Shown here one piece after another: positions 11,901 to 20,721 of a DNA stretch of 64,000 nucleotides; the first letter of the stretch is position 1, and each line of letters begins with the position of its first letter. The stretch is from a virus (taxonomy: Duplodnaviria > Caudoviricetes), in IMG/VR virus record IMGVR_UViG_3300011008_000071, positions 54,714 through 118,713 of that record. One strand, 5' to 3'. A program made the translations under genes and the position numbers. The notes beneath the pieces are model-generated. The model worked only from the letters and a program-made list of their open reading frames with translations. It had not been told where the DNA came from and searched no databases.

Positions 11901-14900
11901 CATTGATGACGAATACAACTCTGGTTACTATGATAACATTCCTGCTGATGGAATTCTTAAGCCGGCAACGGCACCGTACAGAGCGGATGAATATCCATTT
12001 GTATCCAGACGGTTTGAGGACGTTGTATATGTAGACCGTAACTCGGTATGGATGTATTGTGACGTTCCATTCCCCGAAGGATATGACGATGTCGCCAATG
12101 GAGATCCCGATGATCACCAGTATCTGGGAATCAGAGAAGATAATTCATATTTGGAGATTTCTTCCGATGTATGGAATGGAATTGTTGAAGTCATTCCTGT
12201 AACTGATCCATTCATTCCTGATGAGGATCGTGTTCCCACAGGACAACCGACAAGAGGTGAATACCAGCACATCGATTCCGTTCGAATTCATACGCTCAAT
12301 ACACAGATGATGGATTATATCCCTGAAAGATCCTTAAACAAGATCCTGGACAATGGAATTGTCGAAGAACCTGCTGAGGGAACATTCCGTACCAGGAATG
12401 GTTATGAATACGAAGCCGTTCCTACGGTGCCAAATACTTCCGCGTTCAACAACCCGACAGTTGTGGTTGATAACGAAATCATCAAGGCAATTGATATCCG
12501 TCGAATTGCAGCATTGATACGTGGGCAGGTTTCAAGTGTTCAGAACCCGGGTCCTTACTTCAGAGACTTCACCTTCTCCAATATTCCCGAGGTCGATAAT
12601 AATGCATACTATTCAAATACAATCAATGTCGTAGGTGACAGGGTTGTTGAGACATATGCATCACTACCTCAGCATATCAATGAGTGGACGGGAGTTGCCG
12701 TAGGAAATAGTGTAATCGTGGAGCATGATGAAACGATGGCCAACCACCGCACATCATACAAGGTTCGCACATTCATCATCTCTGGATACATCGTGTATGA
12801 CAAGCCAATCATTGTTGATTATGAATGGAACTCATTCATTGTTGACTGGAATATGATTGACTACTATCCAGATATCCCAACACTGATTCAGCAGTACCCG
12901 TCTGATATATGGGATAGCGCAGAGACGTTCTTGGATGTTCAACATGCAATCACTGATGGCAAGATTGACCGTGTTCTTACACCTAAGGCACATGTCGGTA
13001 CATACATTGCGGATCTCACGGTAGATGATCTTTCCGTATATAACTTCACCTTGAAGAAATGGGAAGATCTGCACGATGATTCGAAATGGTTGCTAACGGT
13101 GAATGATATGGGGTTTGAACTGAAGTATCTGTCATCCGAAACGTGTTCGTATAACATGATGCTCTTCCTGAATAAGACAGCAAGAACCCAGATGAAGAAT
13201 GCCCAGCAAAAGAGAAATGCTGTATTCAACATCAGTGCGGAAATATTCAATGATGTGAGCACCCCTGCTAGAAATATCAGAGTTGACACAGGTAACCATC
13301 TACGTATCAGGAAGATGTTCCCATATGAGCAGAAGGAAGAGTATATACTGGATGGAGCCAGACATGAATACACCATGGAATTCACTCTTGCTCCATATCT
13401 ACATTTCAAGAATGAGATCCAAGTTGGAGACATTCTGATCTACAACATGTCTGCAGGACGCTTTGAAGATGCTCTGGACACATCGATGTTTGAAATCCAA
13501 ATCAAGGATGACAAGGCAACTTCCAGAGGATATGAAACCCAGACGAAGATCGAACAGGTGATACTTGTAGATACAGGCAATGGGTTCACGAATGGGGAAG
13601 CATGGGCATGGAATGAAGAATATGGAGTTCATGTATTCGGACATATTGAAACCGATTTCGAGAATGACGGCCATATTCTGAAATTCATCCCGGATCATAC
13701 CGTAAATGCTCCTACATCTCATATCGCCCTAGAATTTAAACTGTACCAGTTCTCCACGGTATATGATTCATCTGTAGCAACAGTACTGATCGAATTCAAT
13801 ACGGAAAGGGTACAGGTAGCAGGAGACGGTTGGTTGCACAATGTAACGAATCCATATGCCCCGATCAAGAAAGCATTCCGAGTAGTTGTACAGTACGACT
13901 ACGATGATCTTATCAAGTATCAGATCATCATTAATAAGAAGCCGGATGTATGGGGATTCATTCGTGATACTTCCGAAGTATTTCCAACCTTCTCCATTCC
14001 GAATTCTCATATCAGATACAACTGTATCTATCTGACAACAGAGATGGGACGCCTCCCTCTGATCAATCCATCTACGGGCAAACCTTCAATCAATGTAACA
14101 TATACAGATACGACTACGGAAGTGAAGTTCCTCAATATCTATCACAAATATGAAAAGATTAAGGTTCATTCCACGCCATACCCAATGAGGTCTGTATATG
14201 TACAGAGACGTATTCCAGAATCAGGTTTCATAGACCTGAAGGGAAGGATTAACAAGCCTCTCAACAAGAAGTATTTCGAGTTCTGGATGAACGGTCGTCT
14301 TCTGAATGATGAAGTAACAATCATCAGTCCGACGAAGATATTTTTACATGGACTGAAGTCTTTACGTAATTTCGAAATCATCGAAATTAACAGAGATCCC
14401 AACGAATACTTCTCCGATACATTCTTAGGCATGGAAACGGAATCCGGAATTCCTCATCCTGTATGGAACTATGACACGTATCTGGATGATGCCCTTGAAG
14501 GCAATCTTGATTACGACAACTACACTATGAAAGAACAGGCTGCATTGCTATCACCAGTATGGCCACAAGTTAATATCGATGATCCTGAGTATTCATCGTA
14601 TCCGGCAAACATGGATACTGAAGATGATATTCTCATGAGAATTGATTCCAATACAGATGCATCAGATATACTTGATATGCCATCATTCCAATTCTCTATC
14701 ATAGACGTTCCGACAATCGAGGGTGTTCCTGTATACAGCAGAGATATTACATTTGAGCACTTTGGTTTCAAACCCATAACAGATCAGATGATAATTGACA
14801 TGCTGAATGAAGAATGGAAGGATGAGATTGCTCAAGGATTGATTCCAACTCATACTATCATATCCGATGATGATTGGTACGGCATTGCGTCACAACTGTA

Positions 14901-15036
14901 TGACGAAGAAGGGAATCTGGTTCATACATTGGATGAAGCAGCATATCATGTTTCGAACAACCAGCTTCTGTCCATCAACACTTCAACCAAGATATCTCGG
15001 ATAACACAAACTTCTGTCAACTATGACCTAAGTTAA
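5959..15036 (+). CDS. giant putative virion structural protein (3025 aa; tail/baseplate-like)
   Basis: Very large and acidic. Repeated I...G..Y..G motifs (LTNGGYNHQVG, IAEEGRNYQPG, ITDPGAGYYEG), F.NG motifs and two inserted blocks of the shared GELII module. Confidence 0.65.
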   Translation: MRNNMYEGRWSPFDPIWYQQAFDKFISTADELFNQDEIIAAGYELPESDGSKSSVFHHDAVTNNSFDEIQLRETLKDIYLNSHNRLMAANHDNVHFFQYQCTMKDVKLIPNTRFCELTIPTESLITSRDKYKFQQFYRKWIPITDLLNSWDVFKFSVLLFINQKIYSEYELRMDDQETVIRFKYYDHWIDNDYTIYIYKFDTNAQCRVKVSKELILNQWNWKMPISYLPDKRILNSNKLICAFNKISDMNIRTDGITKAEVMGDNLEFLTIEDGYIDLSKCSEFNKHLMVTDNQQWIWMTIICPKFMHEFPILNPTDVIYRPYVPRYKQIKVKDNGIWKNVRTDVNSERKNVYINMYDPPANLSFYINEDDELVIEYNGNDDLEVGTDIFIDENGYVILNSNASGVDIELSKYYFKEDGNGELNVYYSWNDGWNYIIRPIVLSDAYDVQDMDVYDLINADMEQLRQLTIEAADMVETFRSFITYEYTSDDDFFTKFNALIAKFDEIHTYLNEYMTKKRMSYITEYEAVWEEFHEIAEEIISTPGTVVTRNNPEDELKTVNAYYAITRFHRQHSKYKDFWAFISPLIYIPREFADRYEISIITSRIGNVTLWEDPKKATTKLRFKRPVDTSDFWTFEYDQDDQVWRPYMLNIDHRFPDVYLLTDPNEETPTPNRVFKSFIFYSDTMNVREPSSDIVRASASWDDDMNEFEYDKAGSYRNIFMEKFYWMAVKTIYRGIMMTNYRWECIEYIQDNASYERFNALFLNTMEPYIKMGESTYLKSDDYGFLVDNRISKMNEYLKASFLGYNQTTGFEMYLNKTWKPSYYDFIVNVDDNFQGDMRLVRRPRSTFDTRRVIKTLQETQFYISGAIKVLNKNIEEIISDIKYSGLNFQIELLEELFDLTSKLQSNMDKCIEFVNNLDLDIYSIEDVNTIIRYIERHYELIEIIKDKFSGIKDLLGDPSLFDAKLTILEAISAVIRIDLYDIVFELGSYIQVFDIESFMRGVNNPEFFNDLDHVDDSSLIGAINTFKTAWPASVQKARNALYVSTTSLWAFYNPDKSYKQSEVERMLQLVQNVRDDMYDLETEVYKCWPKETDYEPNIVSKMIFAKESIDALVDSMEHIVNLRVRLFNVFDDIRSRIVEVTSIGTDQQEDDYALTIDSAFDVITEHLSYIAGENRKSDALEEHQKCIASIEGWITYVTRAKDIYMRLASVVGTPNVFLDTLAPYHEYLDALLAYMRTVDREFIPDTHSPTYSSVYQIDEIRLTNGGYNHQVGDEAYFENLGVYTISGTDGNINVCTGLEDPNLYEIDLSFDAYIDNAGDLILEVPNTPVSDAYINAYGNLVVILDDDSTSDIQNYQFRVNHDGYLYMTQVNKTGIYLNSREELIIEVDTDVDFTLVVNENGELILTMNEDDALDLELYRFYVTSDDDLMIRRTDNVFYRNTTFRDPCVQSNPYDSITSGNGVGITIDSISSTEIKIFNDSVITSYIDRAKNLLHMAERDMYSINPFSNNGIHTLIEKLNVLQSDWRKFRSVYSEYISPSIVSSMDTMIESLTSLIDPLNVLVTTREKNDLKTLVGTFTDFLDTTNLVFQKNNMRTPNYIYFVNRVNVRYGELVDYYGNGTTWNGADELREILDDCEYELRLFNRKMISLLPNEVEPQALYASVMALIANSLICLTTIPETYQAINSAIVNINYYMNLIPDPIRVDEWYRFNKVTIAEEGRNYQPGDIIEIIPALPKDAYGNEIHDNEDVIMSDKMFIKVTKVTPSGGVIEAIPIMEYAIPYQAWGVRDTITKSGTGEFLRIMVYSYPITQNDSTLFLSDDSYIPPVNQFDENDLFMFKFGNIHDLPIGYDIFFNGKQAQDVIIRHEHESNQYQGRDVDVIYLNANEVMRLADSSVFMENENYFVYKIDQLSITDPGAGYYEGQVITIDTGTVAMKVQVTALTDNLTKGIKSISMVQDYQLFEGVDPTCESAEVVTDSMNNIDDEYNSGYYDNIPADGILKPATAPYRADEYPFVSRRFEDVVYVDRNSVWMYCDVPFPEGYDDVANGDPDDHQYLGIREDNSYLEISSDVWNGIVEVIPVTDPFIPDEDRVPTGQPTRGEYQHIDSVRIHTLNTQMMDYIPERSLNKILDNGIVEEPAEGTFRTRNGYEYEAVPTVPNTSAFNNPTVVVDNEIIKAIDIRRIAALIRGQVSSVQNPGPYFRDFTFSNIPEVDNNAYYSNTINVVGDRVVETYASLPQHINEWTGVAVGNSVIVEHDETMANHRTSYKVRTFIISGYIVYDKPIIVDYEWNSFIVDWNMIDYYPDIPTLIQQYPSDIWDSAETFLDVQHAITDGKIDRVLTPKAHVGTYIADLTVDDLSVYNFTLKKWEDLHDDSKWLLTVNDMGFELKYLSSETCSYNMMLFLNKTARTQMKNAQQKRNAVFNISAEIFNDVSTPARNIRVDTGNHLRIRKMFPYEQKEEYILDGARHEYTMEFTLAPYLHFKNEIQVGDILIYNMSAGRFEDALDTSMFEIQIKDDKATSRGYETQTKIEQVILVDTGNGFTNGEAWAWNEEYGVHVFGHIETDFENDGHILKFIPDHTVNAPTSHIALEFKLYQFSTVYDSSVATVLIEFNTERVQVAGDGWLHNVTNPYAPIKKAFRVVVQYDYDDLIKYQIIINKKPDVWGFIRDTSEVFPTFSIPNSHIRYNCIYLTTEMGRLPLINPSTGKPSINVTYTDTTTEVKFLNIYHKYEKIKVHSTPYPMRSVYVQRRIPESGFIDLKGRINKPLNKKYFEFWMNGRLLNDEVTIISPTKIFLHGLKSLRNFEIIEINRDPNEYFSDTFLGMETESGIPHPVWNYDTYLDDALEGNLDYDNYTMKEQAALLSPVWPQVNIDDPEYSSYPANMDTEDDILMRIDSNTDASDILDMPSFQFSIIDVPTIEGVPVYSRDITFEHFGFKPITDQMIIDMLNEEWKDEIAQGLIPTHTIISDDDWYGIASQLYDEEGNLVHTLDEAAYHVSNNQLLSINTSTKISRITQTSVNYDLS

Positions 15037-15044
15037 ACAAAAGA

Positions 15045-15073
15045 AATGCACCCCGGCTCGACCGGGGTGCATT
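15045..15073. terminator. bidirectional terminator-like hairpin between convergent genes
   Basis: AATGCACCCCGG/CCGGGGTGCATT flanked by A- and T-rich tracts. Confidence 0.65.
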
Positions 15074-15076
15074 GTT

Positions 15077-16039
15077 TTACTTCTTTTTGGTGGTCCTGGA
15101 AGCAGGCTTCTTTGTCGCGGGTTTAGGTTCTGCCGTAATGGTAGGAACAGCCGCACGCTTCTTCTTGTCTTCGAGGTAATCCTCATACATTTCATTGAAC
15201 CTGCCAACGATGTCACAGATCATCTTCTGGGTTGCAGCGAGGGTATTCTCGTTATCCTGGATCTTGCCGTAGATGTCTTTGAGTACTTGAGACATGTTGT
15301 TGATGAGCTGGTCCTGTGTGCTGGAGTATCTCTGCCCTGCCAGAATATTGTTGATGCTGGTAATGTGATCCTCGATACTCTTCAGACACTTATCGGTTTC
15401 CTCACTGAGCCATGCCGGGCTAACTTCCTCGATGGTGTTCTTGATCTCATCAAACCGTTCCTCGAGATTTTCGATCGCGAACGTGAGAGATTCGATGTGC
15501 TTCTTCTTGGTCTGAAGCACGATGTTCGTTCTGCGTACGCGCTTGATCTCTTCGAGGATTTCCGATATGCCAGCATCCATATCCGCAAGTTTATCATCGA
15601 AGTGCTCGTAGATATCTCCCAGCATCTCTTCGTATGTGCCGGGCCATTCACCGTCGCTTTCCGTAGCAGGGCATACATCAGGCTCACACTCATCACAGCA
15701 TTCGGCTGCAAGATCTTCTGTCTCACGATACGTACTTCCTTTGGGTTCCATTTTTGTATCCTCCTCTAATTCCGTATTATCCATGGAGCACATCTCGAAA
15801 TCGAGTTCCTTGGAATGTTTGTCCATGGCACCAACCATTCCTGCCAGCTGATCCTTCAACTTGTTTGTTTCCGAGATAAGCTTTTCTTTTGTCTCTTTCT
15901 TCCCGGTGAGTTGAATAGCTCCTTGGCAGACTTCGCCGTCCGGCATGAAAGTGATGTCGATATGAACATGTTCACATCCATTGAACCGTCCATCTTCCTT
16001 GATTGCCTTTGTAATTTTGGCTATGAATTCGTCCCTCAT
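15077..16039 (-). CDS. hypothetical coiled-coil protein with basic C-terminal tail
   Basis: GGAGG RBS, heptad repeats, ends KPATKKPASRTTKKK. Confidence 0.7.
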   Translation of the reverse strand: MRDEFIAKITKAIKEDGRFNGCEHVHIDITFMPDGEVCQGAIQLTGKKETKEKLISETNKLKDQLAGMVGAMDKHSKELDFEMCSMDNTELEEDTKMEPKGSTYRETEDLAAECCDECEPDVCPATESDGEWPGTYEEMLGDIYEHFDDKLADMDAGISEILEEIKRVRRTNIVLQTKKKHIESLTFAIENLEERFDEIKNTIEEVSPAWLSEETDKCLKSIEDHITSINNILAGQRYSSTQDQLINNMSQVLKDIYGKIQDNENTLAATQKMICDIVGRFNEMYEDYLEDKKKRAAVPTITAEPKPATKKPASRTTKKK

Positions 16040-16202
16040 TACAAGCTACCTCCTTAAGTATTTTTTTCGTATGATAATGGTTACCATATCTACGTTAATA
16101 ATATATATTCAAGATTACCGTATATCTGATACGAATATGAATATATTATCTTAATAAGATATCGCTCCCGATATCGAAATTACACATTGGAGGAAATCAC
16201 AA

Positions 16203-16820
16203 ATGAATTACACAAACAGACCATTGGACATACCTACAGCGGTGGAGTATGTAAGTAACATGTTACTGATCCAAAAAGGATTCTTTATCATGACAGACAT
16301 GGGCAGAATTGCAATTGAGGGCGTAATGGAAACTGATCCTGTCCACCCCATCTCCCTGAGGAATTGGAAATCCAATGACCTCACATCCAACTGGAAATCA
16401 TCTCAGCATAATGAGATCGCGGACTACTATGTCCAGATTGGAATTCATCCTAATGCGTCTATGGACTATATCCGTCTATTATCCATTGCGGCATTAATGC
16501 ATGTAAAGATGTACAATGCGGTGCATTACCATGTTACATATGCATACATCGACGCAGCCGTACTTAGCTATATTACTGAAACGGAAAGAGACCCGGAGTT
16601 GTACATCAGCAATATGCAGAAGGAGTTCATGAATCTTCATTACATGCTCAGACCCAACAAACTCGGAATTGAACTGGCACATTACATGATGAAAGAAAGA
16701 ATAACCAAAGCAGTCCAGTTAACAGACAAAGTCGAAAAGCAGTTCTATGCAAAATCAGGAGATAGCTATTTCAACTTCCTTACATTAGCACTTATCTATG
16801 ATCTTCGGATGGCGAGTTGA
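16203..16820 (+). CDS. hypothetical protein
   Basis: 205-aa ORF with GGAGG RBS and upstream TATATTAT motif. Confidence 0.7.
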   Translation: MNYTNRPLDIPTAVEYVSNMLLIQKGFFIMTDMGRIAIEGVMETDPVHPISLRNWKSNDLTSNWKSSQHNEIADYYVQIGIHPNASMDYIRLLSIAALMHVKMYNAVHYHVTYAYIDAAVLSYITETERDPELYISNMQKEFMNLHYMLRPNKLGIELAHYMMKERITKAVQLTDKVEKQFYAKSGDSYFNFLTLALIYDLRMAS

Positions 16821-16833
16821 TCCTAAAGACAAC

Positions 16834-16866
16834 AAAAGAAAGGGTGGGATTCCCACCCTTTCTTTT
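16834..16866. terminator. bidirectional intrinsic terminator
   Basis: AAAAGAAAGGGTGGGA-T-TCCCACCCTTTCTTTT. Confidence 0.75.
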
Positions 16867-16990
16867 CCAAGTCTCTTGATTCTCCCTTCCGCGGTCGGTT
16901 TCAGGGAGAGGCGGGCGCCAATAATCCAGTAGGAATAAGACACAGTACTATTCAGGAGGCACGAGAAAGCACCAGATCGAGCACCGTCAT
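16867..16990 (-). repeat. DGR template/variable-repeat-like cassette, copy 1 (3' part with IMH-like GC-rich end and hairpin)
   Basis: 16917-16990 is the exact reverse complement of 37551-37624 (74 nt). It reads DGARSGAFSCLLNSTVSYSYWIIGARLSL, like a CLec-fold variable repeat, and includes a TCTCCCT...AGGGAGA stem at its 3' end. Confidence 0.8.
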
Positions 16991-17007
16991 CTCCCCTATG
17001 AATTTTA

Positions 17008-18441
17008 TCACATATTGAATTGATGAATTTCTTTTACCAGAGTTTCGATCTTCTTCATACGTGAGCGATGCCACCATGTATTCGGAGGAACTGCGCGGTC
17101 GATTATATCCCAATAGTAAGTGTCCTTATCCGGAGCATATTCGCGCAGACGGCCAATCATTTGTTCCGTTACAACTTTGGACGCAATGGGTTCCGCACAT
17201 ATCACTGTACGTAGGCCTTTAATATCCTTACCTGTACCACAGGACTTGATCGTTGACACAATGATATCCTTCTTAATAAGACCTTCTTCTTTTTCCTCCT
17301 TATCCATTTTAGAATGATAAGGTGTCACCGACTTTTCTGGGAAGTCGGTCTTTAATCTTCGTACTACTTCATCCACACCTTCAATGATTGGTAAGAATAT
17401 TATAGTCTTTCCTTCCACATCTTTCGTCTTCTTAAGGATTGAAAGAATCGTTTGATATAGCGTATCTGACTTATCCTGAAACAAAGCATATCGTCCATAC
17501 TTCACGCTGGAGAATCCTGGATAACTCATAAGCTGCGCTCGGGCATGTGCAGTGATCTTGGAATATACATTGACGGCGTGATAAACCACATGTTTCCGTT
17601 TAACTTTCTTGGATTCTTCTTCACCATATGGAATTACAGACTGAAATGCTCGTTTGAAACATTTGGATTCTGATTTATCCGAACGATCGAACGTTGCCGT
17701 AAGATACCATGTTCTATCCGTATTGGAGAAGAAGTCTATTAATAGAATATTGGCAAAGTCCATATGACTCTCATCATATACTTTTACTCCGATATTCAAC
17801 TTCTTGAAGAATTGATGAAACACATATCCGTTCGTCTGATTGAGGAATGAATGAAGTGTTTGGTGATTCACGAAGTATGCTTCTGCCGGTTTAAGCTGGT
17901 CATTCAATATGGCCTGAATAATCCCCGAGCCTGAAATGTTGCACAGCTCGGATTCTCTGAAGCCAAACATCTTCTGATACGTATTCATCCACTGTATCTT
18001 CAGACCATCTGTCGGAGTTATGATTAATGCTCTTAAATGTAATTTTACACACGTATAAATAACACAGAAAGTTTTACCCCATCCAGTGGAGATGTTTAGC
18101 GAGAGTTGCTGGTATCGTTGTTGAGTGTCCTCCAAAAACTTTATACTCTCTTCCTGAATTTCATTACGAGGTTCATATAATGGAGAATGGTAATTATCCA
18201 TCTCTTCAGATGGATCGGAATCATTAATGAACTTCGCTTTTACACCCAGGAGATCTTCCAACCTGGATATGGAAGTTCCTCTTGGGATATACAACTTGCC
18301 ATTGTCGATAAGATAACCACATGGGAAATCATTCCCACTGAACTTATCCTGGGCAGTATACATATTCTCAATTACGGGAAGATCTCCTTTGGAATATGGA
18401 TATATTTCAATATGTGTATTATAAATATCAAGATTAGTCAT
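17008..18441 (-). CDS. uvsW: SF2 DNA helicase (UvsW-like)
   Basis: PRNEIQ Q-motif, STGWGKT, DESH, LTAT, GTGKDI and QMIGRLR. Confidence 0.85.
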   Translation of the reverse strand: MTNLDIYNTHIEIYPYSKGDLPVIENMYTAQDKFSGNDFPCGYLIDNGKLYIPRGTSISRLEDLLGVKAKFINDSDPSEEMDNYHSPLYEPRNEIQEESIKFLEDTQQRYQQLSLNISTGWGKTFCVIYTCVKLHLRALIITPTDGLKIQWMNTYQKMFGFRESELCNISGSGIIQAILNDQLKPAEAYFVNHQTLHSFLNQTNGYVFHQFFKKLNIGVKVYDESHMDFANILLIDFFSNTDRTWYLTATFDRSDKSESKCFKRAFQSVIPYGEEESKKVKRKHVVYHAVNVYSKITAHARAQLMSYPGFSSVKYGRYALFQDKSDTLYQTILSILKKTKDVEGKTIIFLPIIEGVDEVVRRLKTDFPEKSVTPYHSKMDKEEKEEGLIKKDIIVSTIKSCGTGKDIKGLRTVICAEPIASKVVTEQMIGRLREYAPDKDTYYWDIIDRAVPPNTWWHRSRMKKIETLVKEIHQFNM

Positions 18442-18510
18442 CGTTTCTCCTCCTATTGAAATTATATATTCTCAACTTGTAATGAAAATATATCATTAAT
18501 AATTTGAAAG

Positions 18511-20160
18511 GTGGGAATGTTAAAAATGAAGGATGTATTTTCGCAAATGTATTTCAGTGATACACTCAAGATCAAGGTGTGTAGATCCGGCAACTATGTA
18601 TACCCTGTACCGATGAAGAGTTCGTTACCGGACAAAGAATACCTGGCAACACTGGAGTACTGCAAGATCGGTATAGTAGACGAATATATGAATCATGTAT
18701 ACCTGAAACATGTGAATGATTCTGTATTTGAATATACTCCTGATAAGAGCGATCATGTTATTAGTGACATCAATCGTTGGAGGAATTCGATCAGCATTTC
18801 ATTACGTCGTATATCCAGGCTTGTCGACCTTCATAAGGAACCCATGGAGTTCTATATGCAGTCGGATCACTACTCACTTCGGTTGTCATTGATTGACGAC
18901 CGTGTTGAAGGTAATTCCTTCATCGTACATATGTATCTGGCGGATGATGCGGATAAGTTCATCCAAATGTGTATGATTAGTATTGTCACCGATAAGGAAA
19001 GAACGGCTGATGGAGCAGCAATCATGGTATATGGATCCAGTACAGCATATTTCATGTCTCCTGTACGAAAGACTGCTGAAAAGATAGCAAACGGTTACAA
19101 GTCTGCCACATTGAACGGATTGGTTGGTACTTATGAAACATATCTGATCGATTGCGTTCTCAATAAGCTCTACGAATGTATTTGGAATAATGATAAGCAA
19201 ACAATCGATTACACATATACTCCGATCGAGATGTGGATGTTCAAAATGATCATGAAAGATCTCGGGAATGAAACATGTACCCATCGGATATTCACTTGGG
19301 CACATGAAGAGGATCTGTCCAAGGATCTCTTTCTGGATGACCAGGAGCTCCCTGAATACGCAATCATAAACACCGATAGCTTTCCATTGGTCGATTTCTC
19401 GGAGAAGGAGTGGAAGTTCGTAGACGGTTTCTGTAAACGGAATAACCTCTTTGAAGATGCTCCAACAAACATACTTCCGTACTTTGCTCAGCCGAGATAT
19501 GGTAAAGTATACAGAATGGACGTAAGTACATCCGATGACAAGAAAGTCCCGTTGACAATAACATTCAAACTCAATGAAGAAAAGCGGTATCTCAAAATGT
19601 ACATCGTAGAAACTCTAGATGAAAATACATATGTGTACGCAACCGTTGACTGCTCTGATATTGATCAATACACCCATGAGAACTCTGTGCGACGTTTGAG
19701 CAAACATGTATTGTACACGAAACTCACAGCAATGAGACCAACTGTCCGGGAACTGATCCATGATTCGTCGCTGCTTCAATCCGGTATTGATAATACATCC
19801 TCTCTAGTAGGAGAGATACTGAAACTGTTTGCAATCATGTATCATAGACCGGAACGTAGCAGAATGATCAAGTGTGTTCGGCATCATGAAACTGTCAAAC
19901 ATACAAAGCACGGTATTAAGCGTGAGCAGAAAGAAACGATATGGCGAATTCTGAAACCAACCAAAGAGGCAAAAGAATATGTATCCCAAATGAGTTCAGG
20001 CAGTGCACATCGACAGGCGGAATACACTCTTGAAGAGTGGCCGCGTATTGGATACAGTTACACAACAAAGACCGGAAGAGTTGTATGGGTTCCTCCTACA
20101 ACATGCAGACGGCATGAGGACCTCCTGAACAAAGACAAAGAAATCAAAATCAAATTATAA
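18511..20160 (+). CDS. hypothetical protein with basic C-terminal domain
   Basis: 549-aa ORF; C-terminus WPRIGYSYTTKTGRVVWVPPT; exact start uncertain. Confidence 0.7.
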   Translation: MGMLKMKDVFSQMYFSDTLKIKVCRSGNYVYPVPMKSSLPDKEYLATLEYCKIGIVDEYMNHVYLKHVNDSVFEYTPDKSDHVISDINRWRNSISISLRRISRLVDLHKEPMEFYMQSDHYSLRLSLIDDRVEGNSFIVHMYLADDADKFIQMCMISIVTDKERTADGAAIMVYGSSTAYFMSPVRKTAEKIANGYKSATLNGLVGTYETYLIDCVLNKLYECIWNNDKQTIDYTYTPIEMWMFKMIMKDLGNETCTHRIFTWAHEEDLSKDLFLDDQELPEYAIINTDSFPLVDFSEKEWKFVDGFCKRNNLFEDAPTNILPYFAQPRYGKVYRMDVSTSDDKKVPLTITFKLNEEKRYLKMYIVETLDENTYVYATVDCSDIDQYTHENSVRRLSKHVLYTKLTAMRPTVRELIHDSSLLQSGIDNTSSLVGEILKLFAIMYHRPERSRMIKCVRHHETVKHTKHGIKREQKETIWRILKPTKEAKEYVSQMSSGSAHRQAEYTLEEWPRIGYSYTTKTGRVVWVPPTTCRRHEDLLNKDKEIKIKL

Positions 20161-20164
20161 GATG

Positions 20165-20198
20165 AAAAGAAAAGGCGGATACGTCCGCCTTTTCTTTT
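20165..20198. terminator. bidirectional intrinsic terminator
   Basis: AAAAGAAAAGGCGGA-TACG-TCCGCCTTTTCTTTT. Confidence 0.75.
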
Positions 20199-20202
20199 GT
20201 GT

Positions 20203-20721
20203 TTAAATTACCTGATATGGGATGTTCATGGTGAATGCCGTGTTCGGTATTGGGGTTTCAAACTTCTTCCGCACAACCAGAATCACCTTTTCCCGTCTGA
20301 TGACCTGATACGAGAAGTTGGTGAATTCCGTCTTGCGGAGCTTGACTGGGAATATTTTCACATTGATTGGAATTGTGTACTCAAATCCCTCGATCTTTAG
20401 ATGGACTAGATCACCTGAATACATCTTCTCCGGGTCGATTGGAATCCAGTCATCGTTCATGATGCTAAAGTATGTGAACTTGTCTTTGTATGTCAAGTCT
20501 TTAGCAGGATCAAATGGCTGAAGTGTATCCTTGAATTCCGTTTCCATTAATGCTGCCCATAGATCAGGTTCAACTATAATTGCCACTGTACCATCATCCT
20601 TCTTTGGAATGATAATTGTCTGATTTTGGTATAATCTGGGTGATGATAGTTTAGACCGTTTCATGATATCATTAAATATCAATATGGAGTCTTTAATAGT
20701 GGGCTCTTTCGCTTTGGCCAT
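20203..20721 (-). CDS. hypothetical protein
   Basis: 172-aa ORF with GGAGG RBS. Confidence 0.7.
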   Translation of the reverse strand: MAKAKEPTIKDSILIFNDIMKRSKLSSPRLYQNQTIIIPKKDDGTVAIIVEPDLWAALMETEFKDTLQPFDPAKDLTYKDKFTYFSIMNDDWIPIDPEKMYSGDLVHLKIEGFEYTIPINVKIFPVKLRKTEFTNFSYQVIRREKVILVVRKKFETPIPNTAFTMNIPYQVI

